This document shows, in pieces, positions 33,321-45,302 of a stretch of 64,000 bases of DNA (positions within the stretch are counted from its first letter, which is position 1; each line of letters starts with the position of its first letter). The DNA is from Acidobacteriota bacterium (lineage in GTDB: Bacteria; Acidobacteriota; UBA890; WLXD01), in the NCBI GenBank assembly GCA_963666215.2, contig CAXWPL010000004.1, forward strand, positions 640,001-704,000, given 5' to 3'. The notes below the pieces were generated by a model that was given only the letters and a program-made list of their open reading frames with translations, did no database searches and was not told where the DNA came from. Made by a program: the position numbers and the translations under genes.

Positions 33321-33625
33321 TCTGCTTGCTGCCTCTGTTTCTGCACGTCTAGCTACAATTCGACCGCGCAGCGTAAGGGGACAACGCTGCGCGAGCCCGC
33401 AGCATAGCCGCGTTGCCGATCGATCGCCAGGCAACGAGAAGATCCGTCGTCGCAACAACTTGACCGACATTGACAGCCCTCGCCAGGCTACGGCGAAGGG
33501 TCGTTGTCGGGCAGTGTTCGCGCTCCTCTTGGTGGTGGCGGCGGCGTTGGCCGATTCTTCGGTCGGTATCGAGACGGGCGGCCGGGTCGCGAATCGGGGC
33601 GCCGGGCAGACGGTATCATCGCCGC

Positions 33626-34888
33626 ATGGAAAAGCTCAGCATCCAGGGTGGACGGCCATTGACCGGCTCGGTGACGGTCGGGGGCGCCAAGAACGCGGCG
33701 TTGCCGGAGCTGGCGGCGACGTTGCTGGCCGATGGGCCGGTGCGGCTGCAGAACGTGCCGGACGTTTGGGACGTGGCCACCATGTGCAAGCTGCTGCGGC
33801 AGCTCGGGATGGAGGTTGAGCGGCCGCGACCGGGGATCGTCGAGACGCGGCCGGCGGAAGATCTGGGATCCGAGGCGTCGTACGACCTCGTGAAGACGAT
33901 GCGGGCGAGCTTTCTGGTGCTCGGGCCGCTGCTGGCGCGGACCGGGCGCGCTCGTGTGTCGTTACCGGGAGGGTGCGCGATCGGCGCGCGGCCCGTGGAT
34001 CGGCACCTGGCGGGGTTTGCTCGGATGGGTGCTGAGCTCGAGGTGCAGCACGGGTATGTGGAGGCACGCTGCAAGCGGCTGCACGGAGCGGAGATCATTT
34101 TCGACATCCCGACTGTGGGCGGCACCGAAAACTGCATGATGGCGGCGACGCTGGCGGAGGGCACAACGGTGATCCGCAACGCCGCGCGCGAGCCGGAGAT
34201 TTCTGATCTGGCGGCGATGCTGACGGCGATGGGCGCCCATATTGCCGGCGCCGGGAGCGACACGATCACCATTGAGGGCGTGCAGTCGCTGCACACGGCA
34301 GGCCACGGCGTACGACCCGACAGGATTGAGGCCGGCACGTACCTCGTGGCGGGCGCGCTCGCCGGCGAGAATCTGCGCTTGGAGAACTGCCAGCCGGGAG
34401 ACCTGCGGCCCGTCATCGACAAGCTACGCGCCGCCGGCACGCCAATGGAAATCGAACCGACTTCCATTCTGGTGGGCCGCGCGGTCGCACCCGAGTCGGT
34501 CGACGTTCACACGCTCCCCCACCCCGGCTTTCCGACGGATATGCAGGCGCAGTTCATGGTGCTGATGACGCAGGCCAACGGTAGTTCGCTGCTGCGGGAA
34601 ACCATTTTCGAGAATCGCTTCATGCACGTTCCCGAGCTCATTCGAATGGGAGCCGACATCGCGGTCGAAGGCAACAGCGCGATTGTTCGTGGACCCACAA
34701 CTCTGAGCGGTGCCAACGTCATGGCCACCGACCTTCGCGCCTCGGCCTCGCTGGTGCTCGCCGCGCTGGTCGCCGAGGGAACAACGGTCATCGACCGCGT
34801 ATATCACCTCTATCGCGGCTATGAGGATCTCATCGGTAAGTTGACGGCGGTCGGTGCATCTGTTGTGCGCTCGGACTCATATGAATGA
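33626..34888 (+). CDS. murA: UDP-N-acetylglucosamine 1-carboxyvinyltransferase
   Basis: [19 protein letters not shown] (catalytic Cys), PGFPTDMQ and FENRFMH. Confidence 0.97.
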   Translation: MEKLSIQGGRPLTGSVTVGGAKNAALPELAATLLADGPVRLQNVPDVWDVATMCKLLRQLGMEVERPRPGIVETRPAEDLGSEASYDLVKTMRASFLVLGPLLARTGRARVSLPGGCAIGARPVDRHLAGFARMGAELEVQHGYVEARCKRLHGAEIIFDIPTVGGTENCMMAATLAEGTTVIRNAAREPEISDLAAMLTAMGAHIAGAGSDTITIEGVQSLHTAGHGVRPDRIEAGTYLVAGALAGENLRLENCQPGDLRPVIDKLRAAGTPMEIEPTSILVGRAVAPESVDVHTLPHPGFPTDMQAQFMVLMTQANGSSLLRETIFENRFMHVPELIRMGADIAVEGNSAIVRGPTTLSGANVMATDLRASASLVLAALVAEGTTVIDRVYHLYRGYEDLIGKLTAVGASVVRSDSYE

Positions 34889-34927
34889 ATACACACGCCG
34901 ACCTTTGCCGATGAAATGTCCTATTGA

Positions 34928-35689
34928 ATGGAGGATCACATGCCCGAAGGCATAGTTGTCGAACAACGCGAGGATGTGCAGGTGCTCCATATGCGGTTCG
35001 GTCGCGCCAACGCGCTGAGCCCTGACAATGTCGAGGCACTCATCGGTGCGCTTGGTGGTCTTGATGGCCCCACCGTGATCACCGGTGAAGACAAGATCTT
35101 CTGTGCAGGTCTCGACCTTCTCGAAGTCGACAAGCTGGATCGCGACGCGATGGCCACGTTCGTCGAGCGCTTCTCCGTTCTGCTCACGCAAACGCTCACC
35201 ACGCGGGCGCCACTGGTGGCGGCGGTTAACGGACACGCGGTTGCCGGCGGCTGCGTTCTGGCAATGGCGGCCGACCATCGCGTTGGTGTGGAAGGCCGGT
35301 ACAAGATCGGCATGAACGAGATCGCCATCGGACTAACGCTCCCCGCCATCGTTATGGAGATCATGCGCGGCAAGCTGACGGCGGCCGCCGCGCGCAACGT
35401 GGTGCTCGGGGCAGACCTTGTGGACCCCGAGGCGGCCGTGCGCGTTGGCTTATTGGACGGATTGGCTGCGAATGCCGATGCCGCCATCAACGAGGCCTGC
35501 GACAAGGCGCGGCGACTGGCTCGCTCGCCAGCGGAGTTCGCGGCGATGAAGGGGGCGCTGGTGGCCCCCATCACCGAGCGCTTCGCGACGACGCGCGAGG
35601 CGATTGACCGACGCTTCCTCGACTCCTGGTTCACCGAATCGGCGTGCCAGAAGCGGCGCGAGGCGGTGGAGCGCCTGGCGGCGCGATAG
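34928..35689 (+). CDS. enoyl-CoA hydratase/isomerase family protein
   Basis: FCAGLDL, AAVNGHAVAGG and GMNEIAIG. Confidence 0.9.
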   Translation: MEDHMPEGIVVEQREDVQVLHMRFGRANALSPDNVEALIGALGGLDGPTVITGEDKIFCAGLDLLEVDKLDRDAMATFVERFSVLLTQTLTTRAPLVAAVNGHAVAGGCVLAMAADHRVGVEGRYKIGMNEIAIGLTLPAIVMEIMRGKLTAAAARNVVLGADLVDPEAAVRVGLLDGLAANADAAINEACDKARRLARSPAEFAAMKGALVAPITERFATTREAIDRRFLDSWFTESACQKRREAVERLAAR

Positions 35690-35730
35690 GTCGCGTCCCC
35701 TGGACCGGGCGTGGCCGGGCGGAGCAACGC

Positions 35731-36588
35731 CTAGCCGTGAGCTCGAGGTAGCCCACCGACGGTCGCCGGAGCGACCGCGACGGCGCAAATCCGTACAGAT
35801 GCCGCACCGGCGCGCTCCAAGGTCTCGGCGGCGGAGCTCACTGTTGCCCCCGTGGTGATGACGTCGTCGAGCAGCACGATCGTGGCACCGCGAACAGCGG
35901 CGCGATGGCGCTCGCAGACAACGAACGCTCCCCGCATGTTGGCGCGCCGATCGCGTCCGCTGAGCCCCACTTGGGGGCGCGTGGAACGGACCCGCCGCAG
36001 TGCGTGCAGCACCTGTGGCCCCACGCCGCGGCCGCCGGTGCCGCTAGGGTCGTCGCCGCCGTCGTCGTCGCAGTGGCCAGGTGCGGACCCTGCGCGAACG
36101 AATCCTCGAGCGATCGCCATGACCTGGTTGTGTCCACGGGCCCAGCGACGGCGCCAGTGCAGCGGCACGGGGATCACGATGTCGGCCCCCACCAGCGACT
36201 CGCCGCAGGCCGACTGCCGCATCATTTGGCCGAGGCGAGCTCCGGCGACGGTGTTGCCCTGGTACTTCAGTGCGTGAACCACGGCGCGGACAGGCCCCGC
36301 GAACAGCAAGTGTACGCGCGCCGATCGACCCGAGTCCACTTCCAACGCGCGGTCCCAGAGGTCCACTTCTTCCCCACATTGAGCACAAAGGAACGGGCGC
36401 CAATCGCCTTCGATACAGGGTCGGTCGCACTCGAGGCACATCGACGGCAACACGGCGTCCAGAAACCGGTTGCCAAGCGCCGCAACGCGGCCGATCGCGG
36501 GCCCCGCCGTTGCGCTGAGGAGCCTGCGAAAATCGCCGCCGGGCGCCCGCAAGAACGGTGAAAGACCCATACCTGATGGGACGGGCAC
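35731..36588 (-). CDS. comF: ComF-family amidophosphoribosyltransferase-like protein
   Basis: CxxC...CxxC, PVPLHWRR..RGHNQ and LLDDVITTGAT; start position uncertain. Confidence 0.85.
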   Translation of the reverse strand: MPVPSGMGLSPFLRAPGGDFRRLLSATAGPAIGRVAALGNRFLDAVLPSMCLECDRPCIEGDWRPFLCAQCGEEVDLWDRALEVDSGRSARVHLLFAGPVRAVVHALKYQGNTVAGARLGQMMRQSACGESLVGADIVIPVPLHWRRRWARGHNQVMAIARGFVRAGSAPGHCDDDGGDDPSGTGGRGVGPQVLHALRRVRSTRPQVGLSGRDRRANMRGAFVVCERHRAAVRGATIVLLDDVITTGATVSSAAETLERAGAASVRICAVAVAPATVGGLPRAHG

Positions 36589-36647
36589 GTGGCGGCGCCC
36601 TTCAGAAGAATTCTGAAGAATGTAAGGAATGCCTCAGAAGTCGCCGG

Positions 36648-37039
36648 CTATCTGGGGCTTAACAGCGCGTAGCCGATCCATACCGCCACCAGGCCGAGAA
36701 CAACATGCAGGGCGACGTGCGCAGCCGCCTGCGGCAGATGGCCGGCCGCAACAAATCGAAGCTCTCGAAGCCGAAGGCGGAGTAGGTCGTGAAGCCGCCG
36801 AGCAAGCCAACCACCGAGAACAAGCGCACATCAGCGCCGAAGAACCCCGGGCGCGATTCGGCAACACCAACAAAGGCGCCGATGAGCAGACAGCCGGCCA
36901 GGTTCACCGCAAGCGTGCCGTACGGAAACATCTCGACAGGCAGGCGCCGCTGCTCCCACCAGGTAAGGCCGTACCGGAGAACCGCTCCGATGAAGCCACC
37001 CGAGCCAACGAGTCCGGCCTGGACGAGGGCGGCTCTCAC
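36648..37039 (-). pseudogene. crcB: fluoride channel Fluc/CrcB, frameshifted near the 3' end
   Basis: GGFIGAVLRY, PYGTLAVN and GLLGGFTTYSAF. The final TM helix (AGHLPQAAAHVALHVVLGLVAVWIGY) lies in another frame after about 36746. Confidence 0.8.
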
Positions 37040-37072
37040 CTGGCCAAGCGCAGGGCAGCCGGGCGCGCCGCG

Positions 37073-37444
37073 CTATTCCCGATTCTTGTTCCTATCCGCA
37101 GCGGCTTCTCGCTCTTGCTGGCAGTCGACGCACAGGATCGCCCATGGAAGCGCCTTCAGGCGCGCATCGGAGATCTTCTCGCCGCATTCGTCACACTTGC
37201 CGTAGTCGCCGCCTTCTAGCCTCTCGAGCGCTGCGTCCAGTCGTGCAATCCGCTCGCGGTCGTTGTCGGTGAGGGTGAAGTTGAACTCGCGGGTGTAGCC
37301 GTCGGCCGCTTTATCGGCGAGGTCCAGCGTGCCTTCGTCGAGCGCCTCGCGTTGCCGACTCTGGTTGCGTTTGAACGCGGCTACGAGCTCCTTCCGTTGT
37401 TTCAGAAGCTCTTTGAGGAATTTCTTCTTCTGCGCGGCTCTCAT
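37073..37444 (-). CDS. dksA: DksA/TraR C4 zinc-finger protein
   Basis: DLADKA (DxxDxA) and YGKCDECG...RL.ALP...CVDC. Confidence 0.85.
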   Translation of the reverse strand: MRAAQKKKFLKELLKQRKELVAAFKRNQSRQREALDEGTLDLADKAADGYTREFNFTLTDNDRERIARLDAALERLEGGDYGKCDECGEKISDARLKALPWAILCVDCQQEREAAADRNKNRE

Positions 37445-37472
37445 GACTAGTCGTTCGATCCGTTTTTTGAGG

Positions 37473-37949
37473 TTAGCGCGCGTACGGGTGGCGGCTAATC
37501 AAGGTCAGTGAGCGATATACCTGTTCCACCAGAATCAGGCACGCCATGTCGTGCGGCAGCGTCATTTTCGACAGGCTCAGGGTCCGGTCAGCCCGGGTGA
37601 GAACCGCCGAGGATAATCCATCCGGGCCGCCGACGACAAACCCCAACGCGCGACGCTCTTCGTAGAGCACGCGGCGCACCATCTTAGCCAGCTCGGTCGA
37701 CGATAGAGCCTTACCACCCACATCGAGAGCCACCACTTCGAGCTGCGCTACGCCCTCGAGCCGCCGCAGAATCCCTTCTCCCTCGCGATCGACACGGTGG
37801 GCCTTGCTGTAGCGTCCCGTTTGGCGCTCCTCGGGGGCGTGCAGCGTGCGGACGGGCACGTAGCGCCGAATTCGAGATAGATACTCGTCTATGCCGCGGA
37901 CCGCGTAGTCGGCGGAGAGCTTGCCCACCGAGCAGAAAACCAGCTCCAC
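37473..37949 (-). CDS. rlmH: 23S rRNA pseudouridine1915 N3-methyltransferase
   Basis: FVVGGPDG, LSLSKMTLPH...EQVYR and HPY. Confidence 0.92.
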   Translation of the reverse strand: MELVFCSVGKLSADYAVRGIDEYLSRIRRYVPVRTLHAPEERQTGRYSKAHRVDREGEGILRRLEGVAQLEVVALDVGGKALSSTELAKMVRRVLYEERRALGFVVGGPDGLSSAVLTRADRTLSLSKMTLPHDMACLILVEQVYRSLTLISRHPYAR

Positions 37950-37957
37950 GCGCAGTC

Positions 37958-38577
37958 CTACTCGGTGTCGATTTGCAGCATGGGTACGTCGCGCCAGAGT
38001 CGCTCGAGCTCGTAGAAAGCACGCGTCTCGGGGAGAAACACGTGCACCACGAAGTCGATGTAGTCGAGGAGAATCCAAACGGCGTGGGCGCCTCCCTCGA
38101 CGTGTTTCGGATTGTTGCCTTTCTTCCCCAGACGCTTCTGGATTCCCTTCGAGATCGCGGCTACCTGGGGATCGCTACGTCCGCTGCACACCACTAGGTA
38201 GTCGGTGTAGCTGGCAACCCCGCCAATGTCGAGCACGGCGATGTTGATTCCCTTGTGCTCCTCGATTGCCTCGACCGCCTCGCGAACTTCGGCCGGCAAC
38301 TGTTCGAGGGTCAGCACCGGAGCCGGCTGCGAAACAGTCTCAGACATCGTCTCGGAATCGGTCTCGGCGCTGTTGTCCGTGGCCGTGTCGGGTTCAACGC
38401 CGCCGTCAACGGCGGTTTCAGAGGCGGTGTCGGCGGCGGTGTCGGCGGCAGCGGCAGCGGTAGCGTCGGCGGTAGCGTCGGCGGCGGCGGCGGTTTCGGC
38501 AGCAGTGTCAGCAGCGGTAGCGTCGGCGGCGGCGGCCGCGGTTTCGGCAGCGGTGTCAGCAGCGGTGTCGGGGGCGG

Positions 38578-38581
<4 letters not shown>
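37958..38581 (-). CDS. rsfS: ribosome silencing factor with Ala/Asp/Thr-repeat N-terminal extension
   Basis: DYLVVCSG, WILLDY.D.VVHVF and FYELERLW. The GTG overlaps the nadD TGA; an alternative ATG lies at 38347. Confidence 0.88.
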
Positions 38582-40397
<1,816 letters not shown>

Positions 40398-40428
40398 CTA
40401 CCGGGCTGGCTCGCGACGCAGGCCCAAA

Positions 40429-40686
40429 TCAGGCCTCGGGCAGTACCGCGATGAACTTGCCGCGACGGCCCTTGTTCTGGAAGGTCACATAGCCGTCGAT
40501 CTTCGCAAAAAGCGTATCGTCGCGGCCGCGACCCACATTGAGACCAGCCTTGAACCGAGTGCCGCGCTGGCGGACGATAATCGAGCCGCCGCTGACGAAC
40601 TCACCGCCAAAGCGCTTAACGCCGAGGCGCTGCGCGTTGCTGTCGCGGCCATTACGGCTGCTGCCTTGACCCTTCTTGTGTGCCAT
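40429..40686 (-). CDS. rpmA: 50S ribosomal protein L27
   Basis: [16 protein letters not shown]...RQRGT. Confidence 0.98.
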   Translation of the reverse strand: MAHKKGQGSSRNGRDSNAQRLGVKRFGGEFVSGGSIIVRQRGTRFKAGLNVGRGRDDTLFAKIDGYVTFQNKGRRGKFIAVLPEA

Positions 40687-40719
40687 CGGTCGGCCCTCTG
40701 CTGGAGGTAACTCGGACGC

Positions 40720-41301
40720 CTAGTCGTCGGCGTCGGCCACATCCTTCTTCGTGGTCTTCTTCTTGGTCGTCTTCTTTTTGGCGACTTTCTTTACGACCTT
40801 CTTCTCGTCGCTGGCAGATGCAGCCTTCGTCGTTTTCTTCTTCGCTGCTGCCTTCTTCTTCGCCACCTTTTTCTTCGCGGCGGGCTTCGCTTTCGCGGTC
40901 GCAGCGCCGGCCTCGGCAGGCTCGGCGACCTCGGCCGGCTTCGGCGTCGAAGCGGCCTTCTTGGCCTTCGGCTCGGGCTTCGGGCCGGCCGGCATCACGA
41001 TCTCTTCGATCTGGAGCGCGGTGAACTGCTGCCGATGACCGATACGGCGGCGATAGCCCTTGCGTCGCTTCTTTTTGAACGCGATGAGCTTCGCGCCGCG
41101 TCCGATGTCGACGACCTTCGCCTTGACGAGGGCACCATCAACGTTAGGCGTGCCAATCACCACGTCTCCGTTGGAGGCGACGAGTCGTACCTCGTCGATG
41201 TCGACGACGGCGCCAAGGTCGCTGGCGAGGCGCTCAACCCGGAGGACGTCACCCTTGGCGACGCGATACTGCTTTCCACCGGTTTCAATAACGGCGTACA
41301 T
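40720..41301 (-). CDS. rplU: 50S ribosomal protein L21 with Lys/Ala-rich tail
   Basis: MYAVIETGGKQYRV...GHRQQFT. Confidence 0.96.
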   Translation of the reverse strand: MYAVIETGGKQYRVAKGDVLRVERLASDLGAVVDIDEVRLVASNGDVVIGTPNVDGALVKAKVVDIGRGAKLIAFKKKRRKGYRRRIGHRQQFTALQIEEIVMPAGPKPEPKAKKAASTPKPAEVAEPAEAGAATAKAKPAAKKKVAKKKAAAKKKTTKAASASDEKKVVKKVAKKKTTKKKTTKKDVADADD

Positions 41302-41499
41302 GACTCGATCCCCTCTAAGGATCTAGAAAACTCGGGCTAGCGGCGGCGCTTGGGTTAGCTGCGTCAGCACCGGGCCGCGACTTCTTTGGCGGGCGCTCAC
41401 CGAGGCTCAGAGATTGGAGTGAGACAGGAGCGCAAGCGGGCTATTCTACGCTTCTACGCGCCAATCGGGCAAGCCGATCTCGGTTCGCTCCTATGCGGG

Positions 41500-42234
41500 C
41501 TAGGTGCCGGAGCCCAGGGTCATCTCCTCGAGCGCTCGTTCGCGGGCCGCGAGCGCCTCCAGGCGCCGAGTCAACTCGTTGATTCGGTCCTGCATCTGCT
41601 CCAAATCGAGCCGTGCGTTGGTGAACTCGTAAACCAGGTTGTGCATGAGGTGCAGCTGGCGCTCCTGGCGCTTCTCGAGCTGGCCACTGAGCTCCGAAAC
41701 ATGCTCGCCAATCCAATCGGCCGTGGCGTCGACGCGAGCCTCGAGATTGTCCTTGAGCAGGTCGAAGCCGGTTTCGAAGCGCCGCTCGGCGTACTGATCC
41801 TGCACCACCAGCCTGCCCAGAACCGCCTCGAGGTTGATCGTTGCCCGGAAGAGCGGTCGCGCCAAGCGCCGCAGCACCCGCAGCACCAGCCCCTTGACGC
41901 CGCCGCTTCCGGTTGCGTACAGCTCCTCGCCGGCGTTCAGTCCCTTGACGCCGGCGCTCTGGAGCTTGGCGTCTTTCGTTTGGGTGGTCGAGACGCTCAC
42001 CGCGTCGGGCACGACCGGCACTTCGGGCAGCCGTGCCCGCACTCGCGACAGCTCGTCCATGAGTCCGCGCGGCAAGTCCTCGCGCCGCAAACGCGGCCGC
42101 ATGGGCATGGTGCGCAGCTCTTCGAGCTCGCGATCGGTGAACCGTGTGCCGCGCTTGCGCTCAATCGACGCGGCTACGCGAGCCTCGAGCTCTTCGACAT
42201 CGATCGCCGGATCGTCTATCCGAAACCTACCCAT
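41500..42234 (-). CDS. hypothetical coiled-coil protein
   Basis: Coding-like ORF with a heptad-rich C-terminus; co-oriented with the upstream gene. Confidence 0.65.
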   Translation of the reverse strand: MGRFRIDDPAIDVEELEARVAASIERKRGTRFTDRELEELRTMPMRPRLRREDLPRGLMDELSRVRARLPEVPVVPDAVSVSTTQTKDAKLQSAGVKGLNAGEELYATGSGGVKGLVLRVLRRLARPLFRATINLEAVLGRLVVQDQYAERRFETGFDLLKDNLEARVDATADWIGEHVSELSGQLEKRQERQLHLMHNLVYEFTNARLDLEQMQDRINELTRRLEALAARERALEEMTLGSGT

Positions 42235-42250
42235 ACGGTCGCAACTCGGC

Positions 42251-45226
42251 CTAGAAGCTAGGACCGATGTAGAAACTGATCTGCGGTTTGCCGATGAACG
42301 AGCCGAGGTCGGTCTCCTGCGACAGGTACCACGTCAGCGGAATCGGCCCGAGGTTGAAGCCGAGCCCAAGACCAAACGCCGAGCGCGCGTCGGCAAGGCG
42401 ACCATCCTCGGACAGCATGAAGTCCTCGTCGTTGAACCAGGCTGCGCCCGCGTCGAAGAAGAGCGTTCCGCGTATGTGCCGGATCGCGAAGTCGCCGCCA
42501 CGCGCCTCCCAAATCACCGGGAACCGGTACTCGAAGTTGAAGAACGCAGCCCGATTGCCAGCGAACTCGAGATAGTCGAAGCCACGCAGTTGGTTCAGGC
42601 CGCCGAAGAAGAAGACGCTCGGGTTGTCGCCGAAGCTGCCCGACCCCCAAACGCGCCAAGCGATAAGACTGTTGTTGGTTACCTGTTTGTACTCGCGCCA
42701 GTCGACGCTGACGTCGTAGAAATTCAGGCCGCCCACTCCGGGCGGAGCGACGGTGCCCTCCAAGCGAATTCGGCGCCCGGCGAAGGGACCAAACTCCTTG
42801 AAGCGCGCCTTGTCGCCGACAACCGCCACCTTTATCGGCACATAGGTCCCGTCGCTGAAGCGTTCCTGCAACGTCGTCACCTCGCCGGTCGTGCCTTCCA
42901 GCAGCGCGTCGAGCGCGTATGCACGTCGGTAATACCCCACCGAAAACTCGGTTCGCCAGTCCTGGCTCAAGGGGTACTCGCCGAAGATCTCGCCGCCGTC
43001 GAGCTCGAAGAAGGCCTGGCGCTCGAAGTTGTTGTTGAGGTCGGCGGTAAAGAAGAAGGCCCGCTGCGTGGTGGCCGAGGCGCCCCAGTTCAGCCGATGC
43101 TTCTGGTTGGTGTAGCGACCGGTGAAGTTCCGCTGGCTCTCGATCGATCCGAGAATCGCGGTGATCTGATGGTTGCCGAGCAGGTCGCTGAACTGAATCG
43201 CCGTATTCGACAAGATCGAGCCGCGCGAACTGTAGCCGCCGGCTACCTGGATGCCCGAGATGTGCCAACCACCGCCGGTCGACTGCGTACGGTTGTCGTC
43301 GCTGAGCTCCACCGTCGCGGCGGCTGCCATCTCCTCTTCAATCGCGTCGACCTGGGCGTCGGGGAGCGCCTCGCTGAGCGCTTCGAAGGTCTCCACGACG
43401 CCTTCGTCGGGACTCGGCAAATCCATCGTGTAGAGGTTGTAGCTGCTGTCGCCATACGAGGAGAAAAGCAGCTTCGGATCGTCGCCCGGTATGAGCTGCG
43501 GGAAGAACGCCCCGTGCAGGATGTTGGTGTAGCGCCGCACGGTGTCGGTGGCGAGCTCGAGGTCGTACAGGTTGTGCTCACCTGTTCGATCCGACACGAA
43601 ATACACGCGCGAGCCATCGGCCGAGAAGCTCGGCTGGGTGTCGTTGCTCAACCCGAAGGTGAGTTGCACGCGCTCCTGCGGCCGGGACAGGTCGATGCGG
43701 AATAGCTTCTTGTTGCGCAGCACGTGCGTCGCGAAGATCAGGCTGCGTCCATCAGGCGACCAAACGGGGGCGTAGTCGTAGAGCGCGTCCTGGGTCAGGT
43801 TCGACACACTGTCGTCGCGCGGATCCCACACCCAGATGTCCCGCACACCGTTTCGATGCGCGCCAAAGGCCACACGGCCATCGGCGCTGATACTCGGCGA
43901 GAGCGCCTGGTCGAGGTCGAGCTTGATGCTGTTCGTGACATTCCCAGAGGTGGCATCCACCAGGAATACCGTGCGCGAGGGCGGTGTTCGGCCAAAGAAC
44001 GCGATGGTCCTGCCATCGGGCGACCACGACAAGTCGTTGCCCGCTTGGAAGCCGACGGTCAACCCCTGCCCCACGAGGTACTCGTACTGGCCGTGCAGAC
44101 CGCCGGTGAGGCTCTTGGTGCGCTCACCCGTCGCCAAATCGAAGCGGTAGATATCGAGCGTCTGCGCCCGTGTATCCACCGAGATCGCTGCGAACTGACT
44201 GCCGTCGGGCGACACCACTGGGCTGAACGCCAACGGCCGGTCGCGCGCGGGAATGCCGGCCATCAGGCTGTCGGCGAAGTCGGGGGCCTCGTCGTGCGCC
44301 AGCACGTCCGGTAGGTAGCGCGCCCGCAGATAGTTGCGGAACTCGTCGTTGAACTCCTGCGGCGTCACGTTGAACGCGCGCTCGAGGTCACGCTCCACGT
44401 CCTGGCCCAGATCACGGCGAATCTCGCCGAGGAAGATCTGCACGCCCTGGGCGCCGTGCTCCTCTTCGATGTAGTCCCACACCACCTGGCCGAGGACGTA
44501 ATCCACTAGAAAGCCGCGGTTGTAGGTCATCTGGATGAGCGTCGGGATGTCGTCCGAGAGCACGATATCGCGCAGCATCATCTCGTCGAGCGAGGTGAGG
44601 TTGTTGGCAGCGTGCTCGGCGAAGCCCTCCATCACCCAACCGGGGGGCTGCACGCGAAGCGAGGCGCCTGCCCGCGAACCACCGAACAAGAAATCGAACT
44701 GGAAGATGTGGGTGATCTCGTGAATCATCAGCGAGTGCAGCTGATCCGGCGGCGCGTCAACTGGCAACACAAGGCGGTTTTGAGCCGGCTCAGCGAACGC
44801 GGCCACGGCTTCCGGCAGGAAGTACGGCAGCACGTGCGTCTGCTGAAACTCGCTGTGTGTCTGGTAGAAGATGATTGGCGTCCGCTCCGAAAGCTGGTGT
44901 CCCATCTTCTGCGACAGTCGGCGATAGGCGTCCTCGGCGAAGGCCACAACCTCGTCGAGGTGCGCCTCTTCGTCCGGGTAGTAGAAGACGTCGAAATGCG
45001 GCGCCGTGTACTTCCAAAAATCGAAGGCCTCGTAGGTGACCTTGTTCTTGCCGTAGCGCGTGCTGAACGGGGTGTTGTACTGCGCGTGGGCCTCGACGAT
45101 GAAGCCGCTCGTAACGAGGAGCGCGACCAGGACGACGAGCAAGAGTCGCGCCACGGTGCCGCGCCGCGCCATCGGTGTGGGCCGCGCGCTATTGCCGGCT
45201 GCTGGGTTGCGCATGATCTGCCTCAC
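42251..45226 (-). CDS. outer-membrane protein: Zn-peptidase-like domain + PD40/TolB-like propeller + Omp85/BamA-type barrel
   Basis: Signal peptide; HEITH...EGFAE; repeated P.(W/F)SPDG; GG...LRGF and terminal Phe. Confidence 0.8.
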   Translation of the reverse strand: MRQIMRNPAAGNSARPTPMARRGTVARLLLVVLVALLVTSGFIVEAHAQYNTPFSTRYGKNKVTYEAFDFWKYTAPHFDVFYYPDEEAHLDEVVAFAEDAYRRLSQKMGHQLSERTPIIFYQTHSEFQQTHVLPYFLPEAVAAFAEPAQNRLVLPVDAPPDQLHSLMIHEITHIFQFDFLFGGSRAGASLRVQPPGWVMEGFAEHAANNLTSLDEMMLRDIVLSDDIPTLIQMTYNRGFLVDYVLGQVVWDYIEEEHGAQGVQIFLGEIRRDLGQDVERDLERAFNVTPQEFNDEFRNYLRARYLPDVLAHDEAPDFADSLMAGIPARDRPLAFSPVVSPDGSQFAAISVDTRAQTLDIYRFDLATGERTKSLTGGLHGQYEYLVGQGLTVGFQAGNDLSWSPDGRTIAFFGRTPPSRTVFLVDATSGNVTNSIKLDLDQALSPSISADGRVAFGAHRNGVRDIWVWDPRDDSVSNLTQDALYDYAPVWSPDGRSLIFATHVLRNKKLFRIDLSRPQERVQLTFGLSNDTQPSFSADGSRVYFVSDRTGEHNLYDLELATDTVRRYTNILHGAFFPQLIPGDDPKLLFSSYGDSSYNLYTMDLPSPDEGVVETFEALSEALPDAQVDAIEEEMAAAATVELSDDNRTQSTGGGWHISGIQVAGGYSSRGSILSNTAIQFSDLLGNHQITAILGSIESQRNFTGRYTNQKHRLNWGASATTQRAFFFTADLNNNFERQAFFELDGGEIFGEYPLSQDWRTEFSVGYYRRAYALDALLEGTTGEVTTLQERFSDGTYVPIKVAVVGDKARFKEFGPFAGRRIRLEGTVAPPGVGGLNFYDVSVDWREYKQVTNNSLIAWRVWGSGSFGDNPSVFFFGGLNQLRGFDYLEFAGNRAAFFNFEYRFPVIWEARGGDFAIRHIRGTLFFDAGAAWFNDEDFMLSEDGRLADARSAFGLGLGFNLGPIPLTWYLSQETDLGSFIGKPQISFYIGPSF

Positions 45227-45302
45227 TGACTGGGCGTTGGTTTCGCAGGGGTCTTGAAAAGGCGCTCTTCAGGGGCCTCTTAGCTTCTTCGGTCTGATCT
45301 CT

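Noticed and set aside
37040-37072. Fluoride riboswitch before crcB
   Set aside because: Only about 33 nt separate crcB from dksA, and the motif is absent.
38411-38575. CRISPR array (also considered for 20353-20400 and 23274-23318)
   Set aside because: These are short contiguous degenerate repeats without unique spacers, and no cas genes are present.
41302-41450. L21 leader RNA upstream of rplU
   Set aside because: A promoter-like TAGAAT and a ~130-nt leader are present, but I cannot match a known structure by eye; an Rfam search is needed.
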